NCBI GenBank assembly: GCA_005223125.1
Contig: NJBH01000021.1
Coordinates: forward strand, 1-63,024
From: Promethearchaeota archaeon Loki_b32
Lineage (GTDB): Archaea; Asgardarchaeota; Lokiarchaeia; Sigyniarchaeales; SOKP01
DNA: 63,024 nt
Reading direction: 5' to 3'
In this document: piece after piece, positions 30,815 to 40,347 of the stretch
Numbering within the stretch: the stretch's first letter is position 1
Layout of the letters: every line of letters starts with the position of its first letter
Translations under genes and position numbers: made by a program
The notes under the pieces: model-generated
Told to the model about the DNA's origin: nothing
The model's database searches: none
The model's input: the letters and a program-made list of their open reading frames with translations, nothing else

Positions 30815-32965
30815 TTAATCATAATCCATAATAAATTGAATTTGATTATCTATTTTTTTAAGATATCCAAGATAGAACGCTTGATTTAGATGAACATAAA
30901 ACTTTTTATCATCAATATCTTCATCTTGAGCAAGTTCTTGAAATTTCTTGTAATCTAATGCTCCATTTATACTATAAGTCTTAACTATATTAATCAAAGA
31001 TTTTACATTTTTATTTAAATAGGTTTTATGTTTATTAGGTTGCTTACTTTTCTTACTTTTCAAATTTAGTATTTTTTCACGCAGAATAGGTTCATCAAAT
31101 TTTACTACATCAGAATAAAAAGTTATACCACAATTTTTGAGATTTTTATATTCATCACTATTACAGAAATCATCAAGCTGAATAAGAATATCTTCTATAG
31201 AGCGATTTGCTAAATATTTTAGTTCTAATTCTCTCCTTTCTCTAAAGTTTTTTATTTGAGGTATTAAACTTAAATCATTTTGTGGGGTTAATTCAATATT
31301 CTTACGTTTTAAACTGCTAATTAAAACTAATTGTTCAGGAGTAGATAGTATTGAATTCATAGAACGTTCTTTTCGTCTAGCAACGATATAAAAAGGAACA
31401 TCAACAGTTTCTTCTGTAACTAGTATATAGCATCTCCCCGGAGCATATCTGCCAGTTCTTCCCCGTCTTTGAATCAATCTGATTTCAGAAGGAACAGGCT
31501 CAAAAAAAATAATCGCATCAACATTTGGAATATCTAAACCTTCTTCAGCTACACTTGTAGCGATCAGAATGTTTATGAGTCCTTCTCTAAATTTTTCTAA
31601 TATTTCTATTTGTAATCGTTGGGAATATCCATTATCATTCATTTTAGTCGCTTGTCCAATGAATTTTTCAATTTTCAGTTGATTATTAAATTCTTTTTGT
31701 AATAGATTCTTAAGAAACTCTGCCATTTCACGATATTGTGTGAAAACAAGTATTTTTTTATTGTCAAATTCTTCAAATTCCTCTTTTATGATTGATATAA
31801 TCTTTTTTAATTTGGGATGAGAGAACTTAATTTGTTCTTCACTTTCAATTACTGAATTTATATGATTAAAGTGCTCTGAATTAATAATTCTTTTGGCAGA
31901 TAAAATATCTTTGCTTGCTTTATACTTAATTCTATCTAAAAAAGATTTAAAAAGAGTTATATCTTGAGTTTCTAATAAATCTTTAGCATGAAGTATAGAT
32001 ATACAACTAGAACAGTATGAGTATACAGAAGGAATATCAAGTTGATTTTCTTTAACTATATCAATAATTTTTGGTGATTTATAATATAACCTCTCAATAA
32101 ATTCTTCCTCGGATAATTCTAATCCATTTTCGTTTTCAAAATGTAAAGATAGTGTTAAATCACGAGAGATCCCTAAAAAATCTAATTTTGAATAGTATGG
32201 TTTATTTGGAGTAATAAGTTTATTTTTAATGAAAAATCTTAAATATTTTTCAAATAAATTGTACCATACAGCACTTAATTCCCTCAATTCGAGGGGTAAA
32301 TCAACTAAATTGATAAAAGTATCAATATCGTAAATATAATCTTTTACATCTTTATCTTGATAATTTTTAAAGACTATATTCTCAATATATAAGTTATCAC
32401 ATATTTGTTGAATGCGGTCATAATCCTTCCCTGGGGAAGCTGTTAATCCTAATATTAATGGATCGGAGCATGTACTAACATATTCTTCTGAGATAAAGGT
32501 ATAGGCATAATTGCCTTTAGTCTTATGGGCTTCATCGAAAATTATTAGTGAAACTTGCTTTAAATTGTATCTACCCCTCATTAAGTCATTTTTGATTACT
32601 TGCGGTGTAGATATTATAATCCTTGAGCTTTGAAATAAGGATATTCTTTTTTCGGGAGCAATTTTCCCTGTAAATGAAGTGATTTCTTTTAAATCAATAT
32701 CAAGGAATTTCTCACAAGAAGCCCTATGCTGTGAAACTAATGGTCGCGTTGGCGCAAGAATAATGATTTTTGCTTTTAAGTATTTTTTTAAACAATTAGA
32801 TATCAACAAAATACCAATTATTGTTTTTCCTAAACCAGTTGGTAAAACCACTAAAGAATTTTTGTTTTTACAATTAGTTACAATATTTTTCTGATAATCT
32901 CTATAAATAATAAGATTTTTTTTCAAAAAAGGTCCATTAATATATTGTATTAGCTCTTTTTGCAT
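30815..32965 (-). CDS. hef: Hef/FANCM-like DEAH-box helicase
   Basis: LPTGLGKT, DEAH, TASPG, TSVAEEGLD, IQRRGRTGR; no recognisable XPF nuclease motif. Confidence 0.85.
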   Translation of the reverse strand: MQKELIQYINGPFLKKNLIIYRDYQKNIVTNCKNKNSLVVLPTGLGKTIIGILLISNCLKKYLKAKIIILAPTRPLVSQHRASCEKFLDIDLKEITSFTGKIAPEKRISLFQSSRIIISTPQVIKNDLMRGRYNLKQVSLIIFDEAHKTKGNYAYTFISEEYVSTCSDPLILGLTASPGKDYDRIQQICDNLYIENIVFKNYQDKDVKDYIYDIDTFINLVDLPLELRELSAVWYNLFEKYLRFFIKNKLITPNKPYYSKLDFLGISRDLTLSLHFENENGLELSEEEFIERLYYKSPKIIDIVKENQLDIPSVYSYCSSCISILHAKDLLETQDITLFKSFLDRIKYKASKDILSAKRIINSEHFNHINSVIESEEQIKFSHPKLKKIISIIKEEFEEFDNKKILVFTQYREMAEFLKNLLQKEFNNQLKIEKFIGQATKMNDNGYSQRLQIEILEKFREGLINILIATSVAEEGLDIPNVDAIIFFEPVPSEIRLIQRRGRTGRYAPGRCYILVTEETVDVPFYIVARRKERSMNSILSTPEQLVLISSLKRKNIELTPQNDLSLIPQIKNFRERRELELKYLANRSIEDILIQLDDFCNSDEYKNLKNCGITFYSDVVKFDEPILREKILNLKSKKSKQPNKHKTYLNKNVKSLINIVKTYSINGALDYKKFQELAQDEDIDDKKFYVHLNQAFYLGYLKKIDNQIQFIMDYD

Positions 32966-33116
32966 CTTAAGAATAACTGAAGTTAATTGCTTTTAAAAAT
33001 AATATCGCTGTGAGATTTTTATAATATTATTCGATAAATTGATAATAGAAGTTATTTATTAATTTAGAAATAAGTCAACTGATCCATTATCAATTAAGGA
33101 TGTGGAAAATCCAACT

Positions 33117-33356
33117 TTACTCAACTGGGAAAAATAAAATTTTATTTTTTGCATCTTGTCGATTTACTAATTTCTTTTCTTCTAACATTTTTATAGTCAA
33201 AACAATCCATCCACGAGCAACTTGATGGAGAAATCTACTACGATTAGGATAAATGGCTCTAATAATGCTTTTTGGAGATATTCCATTTTCTGAATTTTCA
33301 TAAATTATATCTAATACTTGATTTTCTAGAGCTTTTAAATATTCAACAAAAAGTTT
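33117..33356 (-). pseudogene. Start-less C-terminal winged-helix-like remnant
   Basis: 80-codon frame KLFVEYLKALENQVLDIIYENSENGISPKSIIRAIYP...ARGWIVLTIKMLEEKKLV...FFPVE*. Confidence 0.55.
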
Positions 33357-33840
33357 TTAGCCTTTTTAAGGATTTTAGAGCTGAATCTTCTCCGACAATA
33401 TGGGTTCCTCATTGTACCCTCAGAATGTATGTTTAAAAGAAAAATATCGCAAAAAAAATTGATATAATCAAAGAAGAGATTATTCTGAAAAAAGAAAAAC
33501 CTTTTTTAAATCACTACTAAAACAATTTCACTTGTTAAATTTGAAAAAAATCCTTGGAAAATTGATTTTTGGTTAAATTATGCACTTAAAGGATGAATTT
33601 TTTAAAATGCTTTAATTTTCTAAAAAGTAAAATAAAAAAAAATATCTAAAAGAGGACTAAAGAATAGTCAGATTCTGAATTGCTAAAGTAATTTTCGACT
33701 AAATTCATTATATCAAAATTTCTTTTCTTTATTTTTTGTATAATACTATAAATTTTTATAGGTGAAAAATTATTCTTTTCATTAATTATTCTTTGAATTT
33801 ACAATAATCAAAGTTATAAAGTTAAAAAACGAGTGTAAAA

Positions 33841-35304
33841 ATGTTTTCATCTTTTAAAAAAAAAAAGGTTTTGTTTTGCATTTTAATGCTTCTTTTAACA
33901 GTATATATATTCATCCCAAGTAAATTTGATATTACTGATAATAACATTCTGATTAATAAAGATAAAGAAAATCCTTTTTTGATAAATTCCGTTTTTTATA
34001 ATCTTACAGGATCTTCAATATTTATTGATGATTTAGATCCTGAATATAATTGGAGTAAAACTGCAGCTGAAAATGACTGGTGTAGCGGCACAGGTACATG
34101 GAATGACCCTTATATTATTGAAAATGTTATAATTGATGCTAAAAATCCTTTTAATATTGAGACAGTTATTATTGATCTTGAAAACTCTACATCTTGCATT
34201 ACTATACAAAATTCTAATGTCAATTTTATTATTAGAAATTGTACAATTTGCAATTCAGGAGCAAGATTTTTAGATAGTGGAATTAAGCTGATTAATGTCA
34301 ATAATAGCCGATTAATTAATAATAATTGTTCGTCAAATACTTATGGAATGATTTTAATTTTAGATTATAATAACTCAATATCCAACTACAATAGTAATAA
34401 CACAATTTCTTATAATATTTTACAGAATAACTATGCCGGAGTAGCTTCTTATAGTAATAACAATACAATTTCAAATAATATTATTACAAGCAACCTTATT
34501 GGTCTAGTTGAATCGGGAATGAATGATATAATTTCTTTAAATTTATTAGATAATAACTATGCTGGGATATTTCTATTTGATGGTTATAAAAATAAAATTT
34601 CTAAAAATAACTTAACTCATAATATCGAGGGTCTAAGGTTGCTATATTCTAATAATAACTCAATAATTGAAAATTCTATAAATAATAATGAAGAAAATGG
34701 AATTTTCTTACAAACTAGTCATTATAACAATATCTCTAAAAATGAGTGCAACAGTAATAGAAATAATGGAATCCATTTACAAGGAGGATTTTACCCTTAT
34801 ATGGGACCATATCAGTCCTGTGATTATAATTGGATCTCAGAAAATAATCTATATAATAATTCATGTGGCATTCTGCTTAACTATACAAAATTTAATCATA
34901 TCATTAATAATATAATAAATTATAACGAATTTAGTGGTATTGAATTAAACAATAGTGATAATATCGACATTTTAAACAATAAAATTGATGGAAATTACTA
35001 TGGAATCAATATGAAAGAATCAAATTGGAATGACATTATCCAAAACACTATAAATAATAATTATTATGGAATATCTCTTACTTCTTCCCATTTGAATAGT
35101 ATAATTGGAAATGTACTGCATTATAATCGGATCTGTTATATAGAAAATGACTATTGTAGTGGTAATAGGTATGAAGATAATGATTGCATAGAAATAAAAA
35201 TTAATGAAATTAATTGGGTGTTAATTTTTATAATTATTTCATTAATTGGGTTAGTAGTTTTATTATTTGTTCTCTTGGGACGAAAAAGAACAACAATTGA
35301 TTAA
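33841..35304 (+). CDS. Surface right-handed beta-helix (NosD/CASH-repeat) protein
   Basis: Signal/TM, GTGTWNDPYIIEN, many GIxL...NxIxxN repeats, C-terminal TM. Confidence 0.9.
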   Translation: MFSSFKKKKVLFCILMLLLTVYIFIPSKFDITDNNILINKDKENPFLINSVFYNLTGSSIFIDDLDPEYNWSKTAAENDWCSGTGTWNDPYIIENVIIDAKNPFNIETVIIDLENSTSCITIQNSNVNFIIRNCTICNSGARFLDSGIKLINVNNSRLINNNCSSNTYGMILILDYNNSISNYNSNNTISYNILQNNYAGVASYSNNNTISNNIITSNLIGLVESGMNDIISLNLLDNNYAGIFLFDGYKNKISKNNLTHNIEGLRLLYSNNNSIIENSINNNEENGIFLQTSHYNNISKNECNSNRNNGIHLQGGFYPYMGPYQSCDYNWISENNLYNNSCGILLNYTKFNHIINNIINYNEFSGIELNNSDNIDILNNKIDGNYYGINMKESNWNDIIQNTINNNYYGISLTSSHLNSIIGNVLHYNRICYIENDYCSGNRYEDNDCIEIKINEINWVLIFIIISLIGLVVLLFVLLGRKRTTID

Positions 35305-35440
35305 TAGAATTAATAGGATTAAAATTAGTTCAATTTACATCTGAATTTCTATTTTAATAGTGCAAACTAATATAAAAAAGGGTTTTTTATACCTAAATAT
35401 TTTTCAATAACGCCTTGGATTTCTTGTTTTGTGCCAAAAT

Positions 35441-35608
35441 TTAGTTTACTTCCCCAATTAAATGTTTTATTGCTTTTTTTGTTCCATAACCGGCATCATA
35501 GATTATGCCATCAGAACCAGCTAAAACATAGATATTTTCGGGTGGTTTTATTGCTCCAGAAGTCCCTTTTTCTTTTATTAAAAAAATACCGGGATAAAAT
35601 TCAATCAC
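35441..35608 (-). pseudogene. N-terminal remnant of an MBL-fold metallo-hydrolase
   Basis: VIEFYPGIFLIKEKG...PENIYVLAGSDGIIYDAGYG; stops before the HxHxDH motif. Confidence 0.6.
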
Positions 35609-35811
35609 GAATTTAATAAATTATAGTAGAAAAAAAATTTTATGATTCAAAACAACCTCTTTCTTATTGTGCTCAAAACGATTACGTAGTATGTTATTGC
35701 AAGTAATAAAATTTGATTCTTCATTTCTTGCACATTTAAATTTGAAAGTTACTTTATTTATTTTATATTTAATAATAAAGGTAAATTCAACAATTTAAAT
35801 TAGGAATTAAA

Positions 35812-36225
35812 ATGTATTGTACAAAATGCGGTTCTGAAATACCTGATGATGCAAAATTTTGTCCTTTTTGTGCAGAACTTATTGATCGCTCAACTAGCCC
35901 TCAAATTCAACCGACCTCTCAGGCTCAACCAACACCAACACCCTATCAGGGACCCACCCATATACCTCTAAAGTCATCAAGTTCTACAGGCGCAAAAATA
36001 GCTGTTGTTCTCGTGGTAATAATAATTGGAATTGTTTTAATATATGCTGGATTCCAAACAATGTTTAGAGTACCTACTACTGGTATCACCATGCTTATAA
36101 TAGGTATTATAATACTTTGTATAGTATGTACTGTAAGTAGTTCGGGATCACGCCGTGGAGGATATAGTGGTGGTGGTTGCGATTGTAGTGGATGTGATTG
36201 TGATTGTGGAGATTGTGGTAGTTAG
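35812..36225 (+). CDS. Zinc-ribbon protein with 2 TM helices and Cys-rich tail
   Basis: CTKCG...FCPFC; tail CDCSGCDCDCGDCGS. Confidence 0.8.
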   Translation: MYCTKCGSEIPDDAKFCPFCAELIDRSTSPQIQPTSQAQPTPTPYQGPTHIPLKSSSSTGAKIAVVLVVIIIGIVLIYAGFQTMFRVPTTGITMLIIGIIILCIVCTVSSSGSRRGGYSGGGCDCSGCDCDCGDCGS

Positions 36226-36271
36226 ATATCATTTTCTTACGAGAGAGATATAAAATTAACAATCGAACAAA

Positions 36272-36778
36272 ATGATGGATAACCAAAAAGATAAACGTCA
36301 AAATGATAAAAAAGTAATTATCAATTGGTTAGCACATCATAATCCAAATCGCAATGATTTCGATGATCACGTAATTTATATATTTAACCATGCTATATGT
36401 TTAGGATGTTTTGCTTTTCTTTTAGGAGCTACTGTCGCGTTAATAATAGGAAATGGATTTTATTTTTACATTATAAATTTTATTAGTCTGCCTATTACTC
36501 TCATGTTCTTCTTGTTATGTTGGAGCCCCTCAATTTTCCAGTATTTAATTCAAATAATAAGAAATAAGCCATTCAAAAATCGAAGAGTAAAATTCCTATG
36601 TCGTGTACTTTACCCAATTGGGAGTATCATATTTGTATTTAAATCTCCATTCTGGGGTCTAGGTATTTCTATTGCTGCTGGTTATATGATAATAGGTATT
36701 AGAAAAATATTCTATAAAAACAAAACTTTAATCTCAAAACGTAAATTAAGAAATCAAAATTTTACTCCAGAAATCTAA
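36272..36778 (+). CDS. Membrane protein with His/Cys motif (DUF2085-like)
   Basis: AHH...H...ICLGC followed by TM helices. Confidence 0.6.
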   Translation: MMDNQKDKRQNDKKVIINWLAHHNPNRNDFDDHVIYIFNHAICLGCFAFLLGATVALIIGNGFYFYIINFISLPITLMFFLLCWSPSIFQYLIQIIRNKPFKNRRVKFLCRVLYPIGSIIFVFKSPFWGLGISIAAGYMIIGIRKIFYKNKTLISKRKLRNQNFTPEI

Positions 36779-37034
36779 GACTTTGTCATGCGAGGCTATT
36801 TTTTTTTAGTATTGATATCAGAAAATCAACAGTTCAAATAATTAATTTTTATCTAAGATTTTAGAAGCTGATTAGTAGAATCTGATGAGAATTTAATAAC
36901 ACTTTTCTTTAAAATTAAAGAAATAAATTTATAAAATGATAACAATTTTAATAATTTCTTAACGACTATTGCTTAAAACAAAGGAAATAATAAAAAAAAA
37001 GAAAAATTAGGATTTTGTATTAAAATGGGATGAT

Positions 37035-37244
37035 TTAAAAATACTTAATTGCAAGTAAAATGTCGTCCCTTGTTATTTTCTTACGCTTTGCATGCTTCGT
37101 GAGTGTTAGGGCAGTTTTGGTAAGTTTTTCAGCGCTTTTACTCATCCAATCAACTAACTCATTAACGGCATCTCGAGCAACAATAACAGCTCCATTGTGC
37201 TTCATTAGCCGTCTGATAGGACTCCACGAAATATATTCGGCCAT
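37035..37244 (-). CDS. Archaeal histone, intron-less copy
   Basis: SPIRRLMK...VARDA...HAKRKKITRDDI histone fold. Confidence 0.95.
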   Translation of the reverse strand: MAEYISWSPIRRLMKHNGAVIVARDAVNELVDWMSKSAEKLTKTALTLTKHAKRKKITRDDILLAIKYF

Positions 37245-37324
37245 TTTTTTTTTCCTCTACTATATAGTTATTTTCTTTAATTTTTATTGAAATTTGTTAT
37301 TTTTTAAGAGTTTGTTACATACAT

Positions 37325-37576
37325 ATACATCTTTTAGATATTTAAAGATTTTTATTCATACATAGTTTTATGGAGAAAAAAATAGAAACAATTGAACGAC
37401 AAAATTCGGAATTAAGAAGATGATCAATCTCGTGAAAGTTAAGATTTTTTCATGGAAATTATTATTTCTGCTTGAAATTGAAACTGTGTATTATATTATC
37501 TTTTCAATTTTCTGTCAGTTATGCAAAAAAAGTAAAATTGAAAAAAATAAAGAAAAAATAATCAAATTGTGAAACG
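37325..37576. repeat. Duplicated non-coding upstream region, copy 1 (copy 2 at about 38226..38475)
   Basis: Shared blocks TATTTAAAGATTTTTATTCATAC, AACGACAAAATTCG, TCAATCTCGTG, ATTATTTCTGCTTGAAATTGA, AAAAATAATCAAAT. Confidence 0.85.
37339..37346 (-). promoter_or_regulatory. Putative TATA box of histone copy 1
   Basis: TTTAAATA preceded by an A-rich BRE-like stretch; identical upstream of copy 2. Confidence 0.55.
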
Positions 37577-37907
37577 TAAAATTATCTTTTTTTTAAGAAT
37601 CTGTGACATAAAAACTGATATTTTCATATTAAAAATTAGAGCGATAGAGTCATTAACATTAAAGAATTAGGGATAAGTATTCTGTTAATAAACTCTTCCT
37701 CAGTAAAAGATGCTTTTTCAATCAACCCCTCATATTCAAAGAAACTAGTTGCCCAGTAAATTCCGTATTATATTATTTGTATAAATTTAACTATTTTGTT
37801 AGGAAAAGATTATCAACTAAAAAATCAAGAATAGAAAAAAAAAGAAAAAATTATAAGATTTTTATAGGTTCATTAATTTCCTCGAAGGCTTGGCTGAACC
37901 AAAAAAG

Positions 37908-38147
37908 CTAAAAATACTTAATTGCAAGTAAAATGTCGTTCCTTGTTATTTTCTTACGCTTTGCATGTTTTGTGAGTGTTAGGGCTGTTTTGGTAAGTTT
38001 TTCAGCGCTTTTACTCATCCAATCAACTAACTCATTAACGGCATCTCGGGCAACAATTTTAGCTGGCGAATAAGAGTTTTATTAACCTAAAGCTCCATTG
38101 TGCTTCATTAGCCGTCTAATAGGACTCCAACTAATATAATCTGACAT
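37908..38147 (-). CDS. Archaeal histone, 69 aa, spliced: complement(join(37908..38058,38089..38147))
   Basis: Missing from the ORF track. Spliced product MSDYISWSPIRRLMKHNGALIVARDAVNELVDWMSKSAEKLTKTALTLTKHAKRKKITRNDILLAIKYF differs from copy 1 at 4 of 69 residues. Confidence 0.85.
38059..38088 (-). other. 30-nt BHB/BHL intron in histone mRNA
   Basis: [AGCU]-UU^A-GGUUAAUAA-AACUC-UUAUUCGCC-[AGCU]-AA^A; contains in-frame UAA UAA; absent from the adjacent paralog. Confidence 0.8.
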
Positions 38148-38239
38148 AATAAATTTTTCCTCCACGTTTTTTTATTTTTGATTTTAATTTTTAATTTTTG
38201 ATTAAATTAAATTAACTAAATATATATAGATCTTTTGTA

Positions 38240-38247
38240 TATTTAAA
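38240..38247 (-). promoter_or_regulatory. Putative TATA box of histone copy 2
   Basis: TTTAAATA in the same context as copy 1. Confidence 0.55.
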
Positions 38248-38671
38248 GATTTTTATTCATACTTAGTGTAATAGAAAAAAAAATAAAAAAGATCAAACGA
38301 CAAAATTCGAAATTATAAAAATATTCAATCTCGTGTAAGTTAGAACATTTTCATGGAATTATTATTTCTGCTTGAAATTGAGACTTTGAATTATATTATC
38401 GTTTCAAAATTCTCTCAGATATGCAAAAAAGATGATGGTGAAAAAAACAAAGGAAAAATAATCAAATAGTGAAACACAGGATAAATAAATTTTTGAAGAT
38501 CTACTATATGATTTAATTTTAAAATTAGGGACTATAGCTTCTTTAAGATTAAATTACTCTATCATATTGAAAAAATTGAAGAAAATTTTAATGTAATACC
38601 ATTTAACTTAATCAATTTTTAATTGAAAAGAAAATTCAATTAAATTATTACAGTTAAGAATTTAAGTACAC

Positions 38672-39115
38672 TTAATATCTTGGTAAATCTTTCGTTTCTT
38701 GATAATATGATTCGATACCTATTTCTTTCATTCGATTATTAATTTGAATCCATCTTTGCTTAAGATGGGAATCAAAATTAGTTTTTTCGCAAGGAAACTC
38801 ATCACATTGGAAGCAAAAATCTACACCTTTATCTTCATAACAGTCTCTAACACCACAGTCAGGATACAAGCAAGAACCTTTTCTACATCCAAGACAATTC
38901 TCTTCTGTTAAATAAGTGAGTAATGCTTTGAAAGAAGGATATTCTTTAAATATCGGGAGGAATGATGAAAATCTTTCAGCGTATATATCGAAGGACCCTA
39001 ATAGCTCTTGAAGTTTAACACTACTTTTTCTTATTCCACCTTCAGAGTTAGCAAAACATTTATAACAATTAAGCCCACATGGGGCAAGCTTGTTTAATAT
39101 ATCTTTATATTCCAT
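38672..39115 (-). CDS. DUF3795-like Cys-rich protein
   Basis: APCGLNCYKC, CLGCR, FCFQCDEFPC. Confidence 0.8.
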   Translation of the reverse strand: MEYKDILNKLAPCGLNCYKCFANSEGGIRKSSVKLQELLGSFDIYAERFSSFLPIFKEYPSFKALLTYLTEENCLGCRKGSCLYPDCGVRDCYEDKGVDFCFQCDEFPCEKTNFDSHLKQRWIQINNRMKEIGIESYYQETKDLPRY

Positions 39116-39238
39116 TTTCTTTTCTTATTTCATTTTTTTTCTTATTTTATACGTGAGTAATTGAAATATTCACAAGAAGATTTACCTTGTCTATAGAAGA
39201 TTTTAAATAGGTAAATTAAAAATATTGTTTTAATCTTT

Positions 39239-40240
39239 TTACCAGACGTTTTGTTCGTAATTACAATTTTGACATTCAACAGACTCGTTTTTTTGAGGAA
39301 AATACGGAAGAATTGCTCCACAATTCTTACACTCTAAATCATGAACTTTATCTTTAGAGTTTACAACTCCATTCAATATCAAAAATTGTTTGAAATCATT
39401 TGTAACTTGGGTTAAAAAGGATATTAATAGATATTGATTTGGTGATGAAGCTATTATTTCAATTTTATTTGACACTATTCGTCCGACTGCTAGAATATCT
39501 TCTTTAATTACAGATTCCGTACCAAAATACCATAATATTCTTTTTTCAACATCTTTAGCAACTAACTGAAAATTATGGATTGAAAAAAGTTGTTCTAAAA
39601 TGTCATAAATTATTTCAGAATGTACTTGGTGCTCAATTCCGATGCCCATACTCTTAATAACTTTCTTAATTCTCGGTTGTTGTGAGAATTCTCTTATGTA
39701 ACTTGAAGGAACTACTTTAGGCTCAATTGATATTTTATCAATAGATATTTCTACTGGTCTTGAATCCAATACTCTAACGGTATCTTTATTATTTACATAA
39801 GTAACAATTGTTCTAAGTTCTCCTGTTTTATCTAGAGCATTTGGGGCAAGATGAAGATGAATTTGTTTACTGCTCTTTTCATTTAATTCATCGAATTCTA
39901 AATTTATTTGATTAGTATCTTCATCAGATGTCATACGAGGAATACTGATTGTAGGAGGAAAGGCTCTTATGAGTGTTAAAAATTCTGGTAACTTTATTTT
40001 AATTTTCATTTCGGTTATGGGGGCTAAACTTTGATTAACGATTAATATTGAGTATCGGAAATGACCTCCAAAAGGAGAATAAGTACACCTGCACAAAATT
40101 TTATTCTCTTGATCTACACTCTCAAATGAGTATTGATCTGCTTTTTTTCTTTTAGTATCTTCTTTCTCTTTAAAAAGTACTAAATCCTGTGTCTTGAATT
40201 GGCTTAATCCTTTCTCTTTTTTAGGCATAATATTATACAA
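39239..40240 (-). CDS. Ig-like sandwich plus platform-like domain plus zinc ribbon (adaptin-appendage-like, tentative)
   Basis: Beta-rich YSILIVN...ITEMKIKI...TIVTY, alpha/beta segment, CKNCGA...CQNC. Confidence 0.5.
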   Translation of the reverse strand: MYNIMPKKEKGLSQFKTQDLVLFKEKEDTKRKKADQYSFESVDQENKILCRCTYSPFGGHFRYSILIVNQSLAPITEMKIKIKLPEFLTLIRAFPPTISIPRMTSDEDTNQINLEFDELNEKSSKQIHLHLAPNALDKTGELRTIVTYVNNKDTVRVLDSRPVEISIDKISIEPKVVPSSYIREFSQQPRIKKVIKSMGIGIEHQVHSEIIYDILEQLFSIHNFQLVAKDVEKRILWYFGTESVIKEDILAVGRIVSNKIEIIASSPNQYLLISFLTQVTNDFKQFLILNGVVNSKDKVHDLECKNCGAILPYFPQKNESVECQNCNYEQNVW

Positions 40241-40347
40241 AAATTTCTTGTCATGGATTGCTGAATTGAATTTTCGGAGACTAGATAATTAATAAAATTA
40301 CATTCTGATTTAAATTTTTTTTTAACTTATATTATTTAATTATATAC

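Noticed and set aside
34114-34185. IIENVIIDAKN / NIETVIIDLEN repeat in the beta-helix gene as an intron
   Set aside because: In-frame, diverged internal duplication without BHB structure
37851-37910. TAG read-through (pyrrolysine) extending histone copy 2
   Set aside because: The paralog ends at the same residue with TAA and no pyl genes are in the window
38061-38094. Histone insert as a transposon footprint with AGCT target duplication
   Set aside because: Not fully excluded, but there are no terminal repeats or transposase, and the BHB geometry plus two similar introns nearby explain it better
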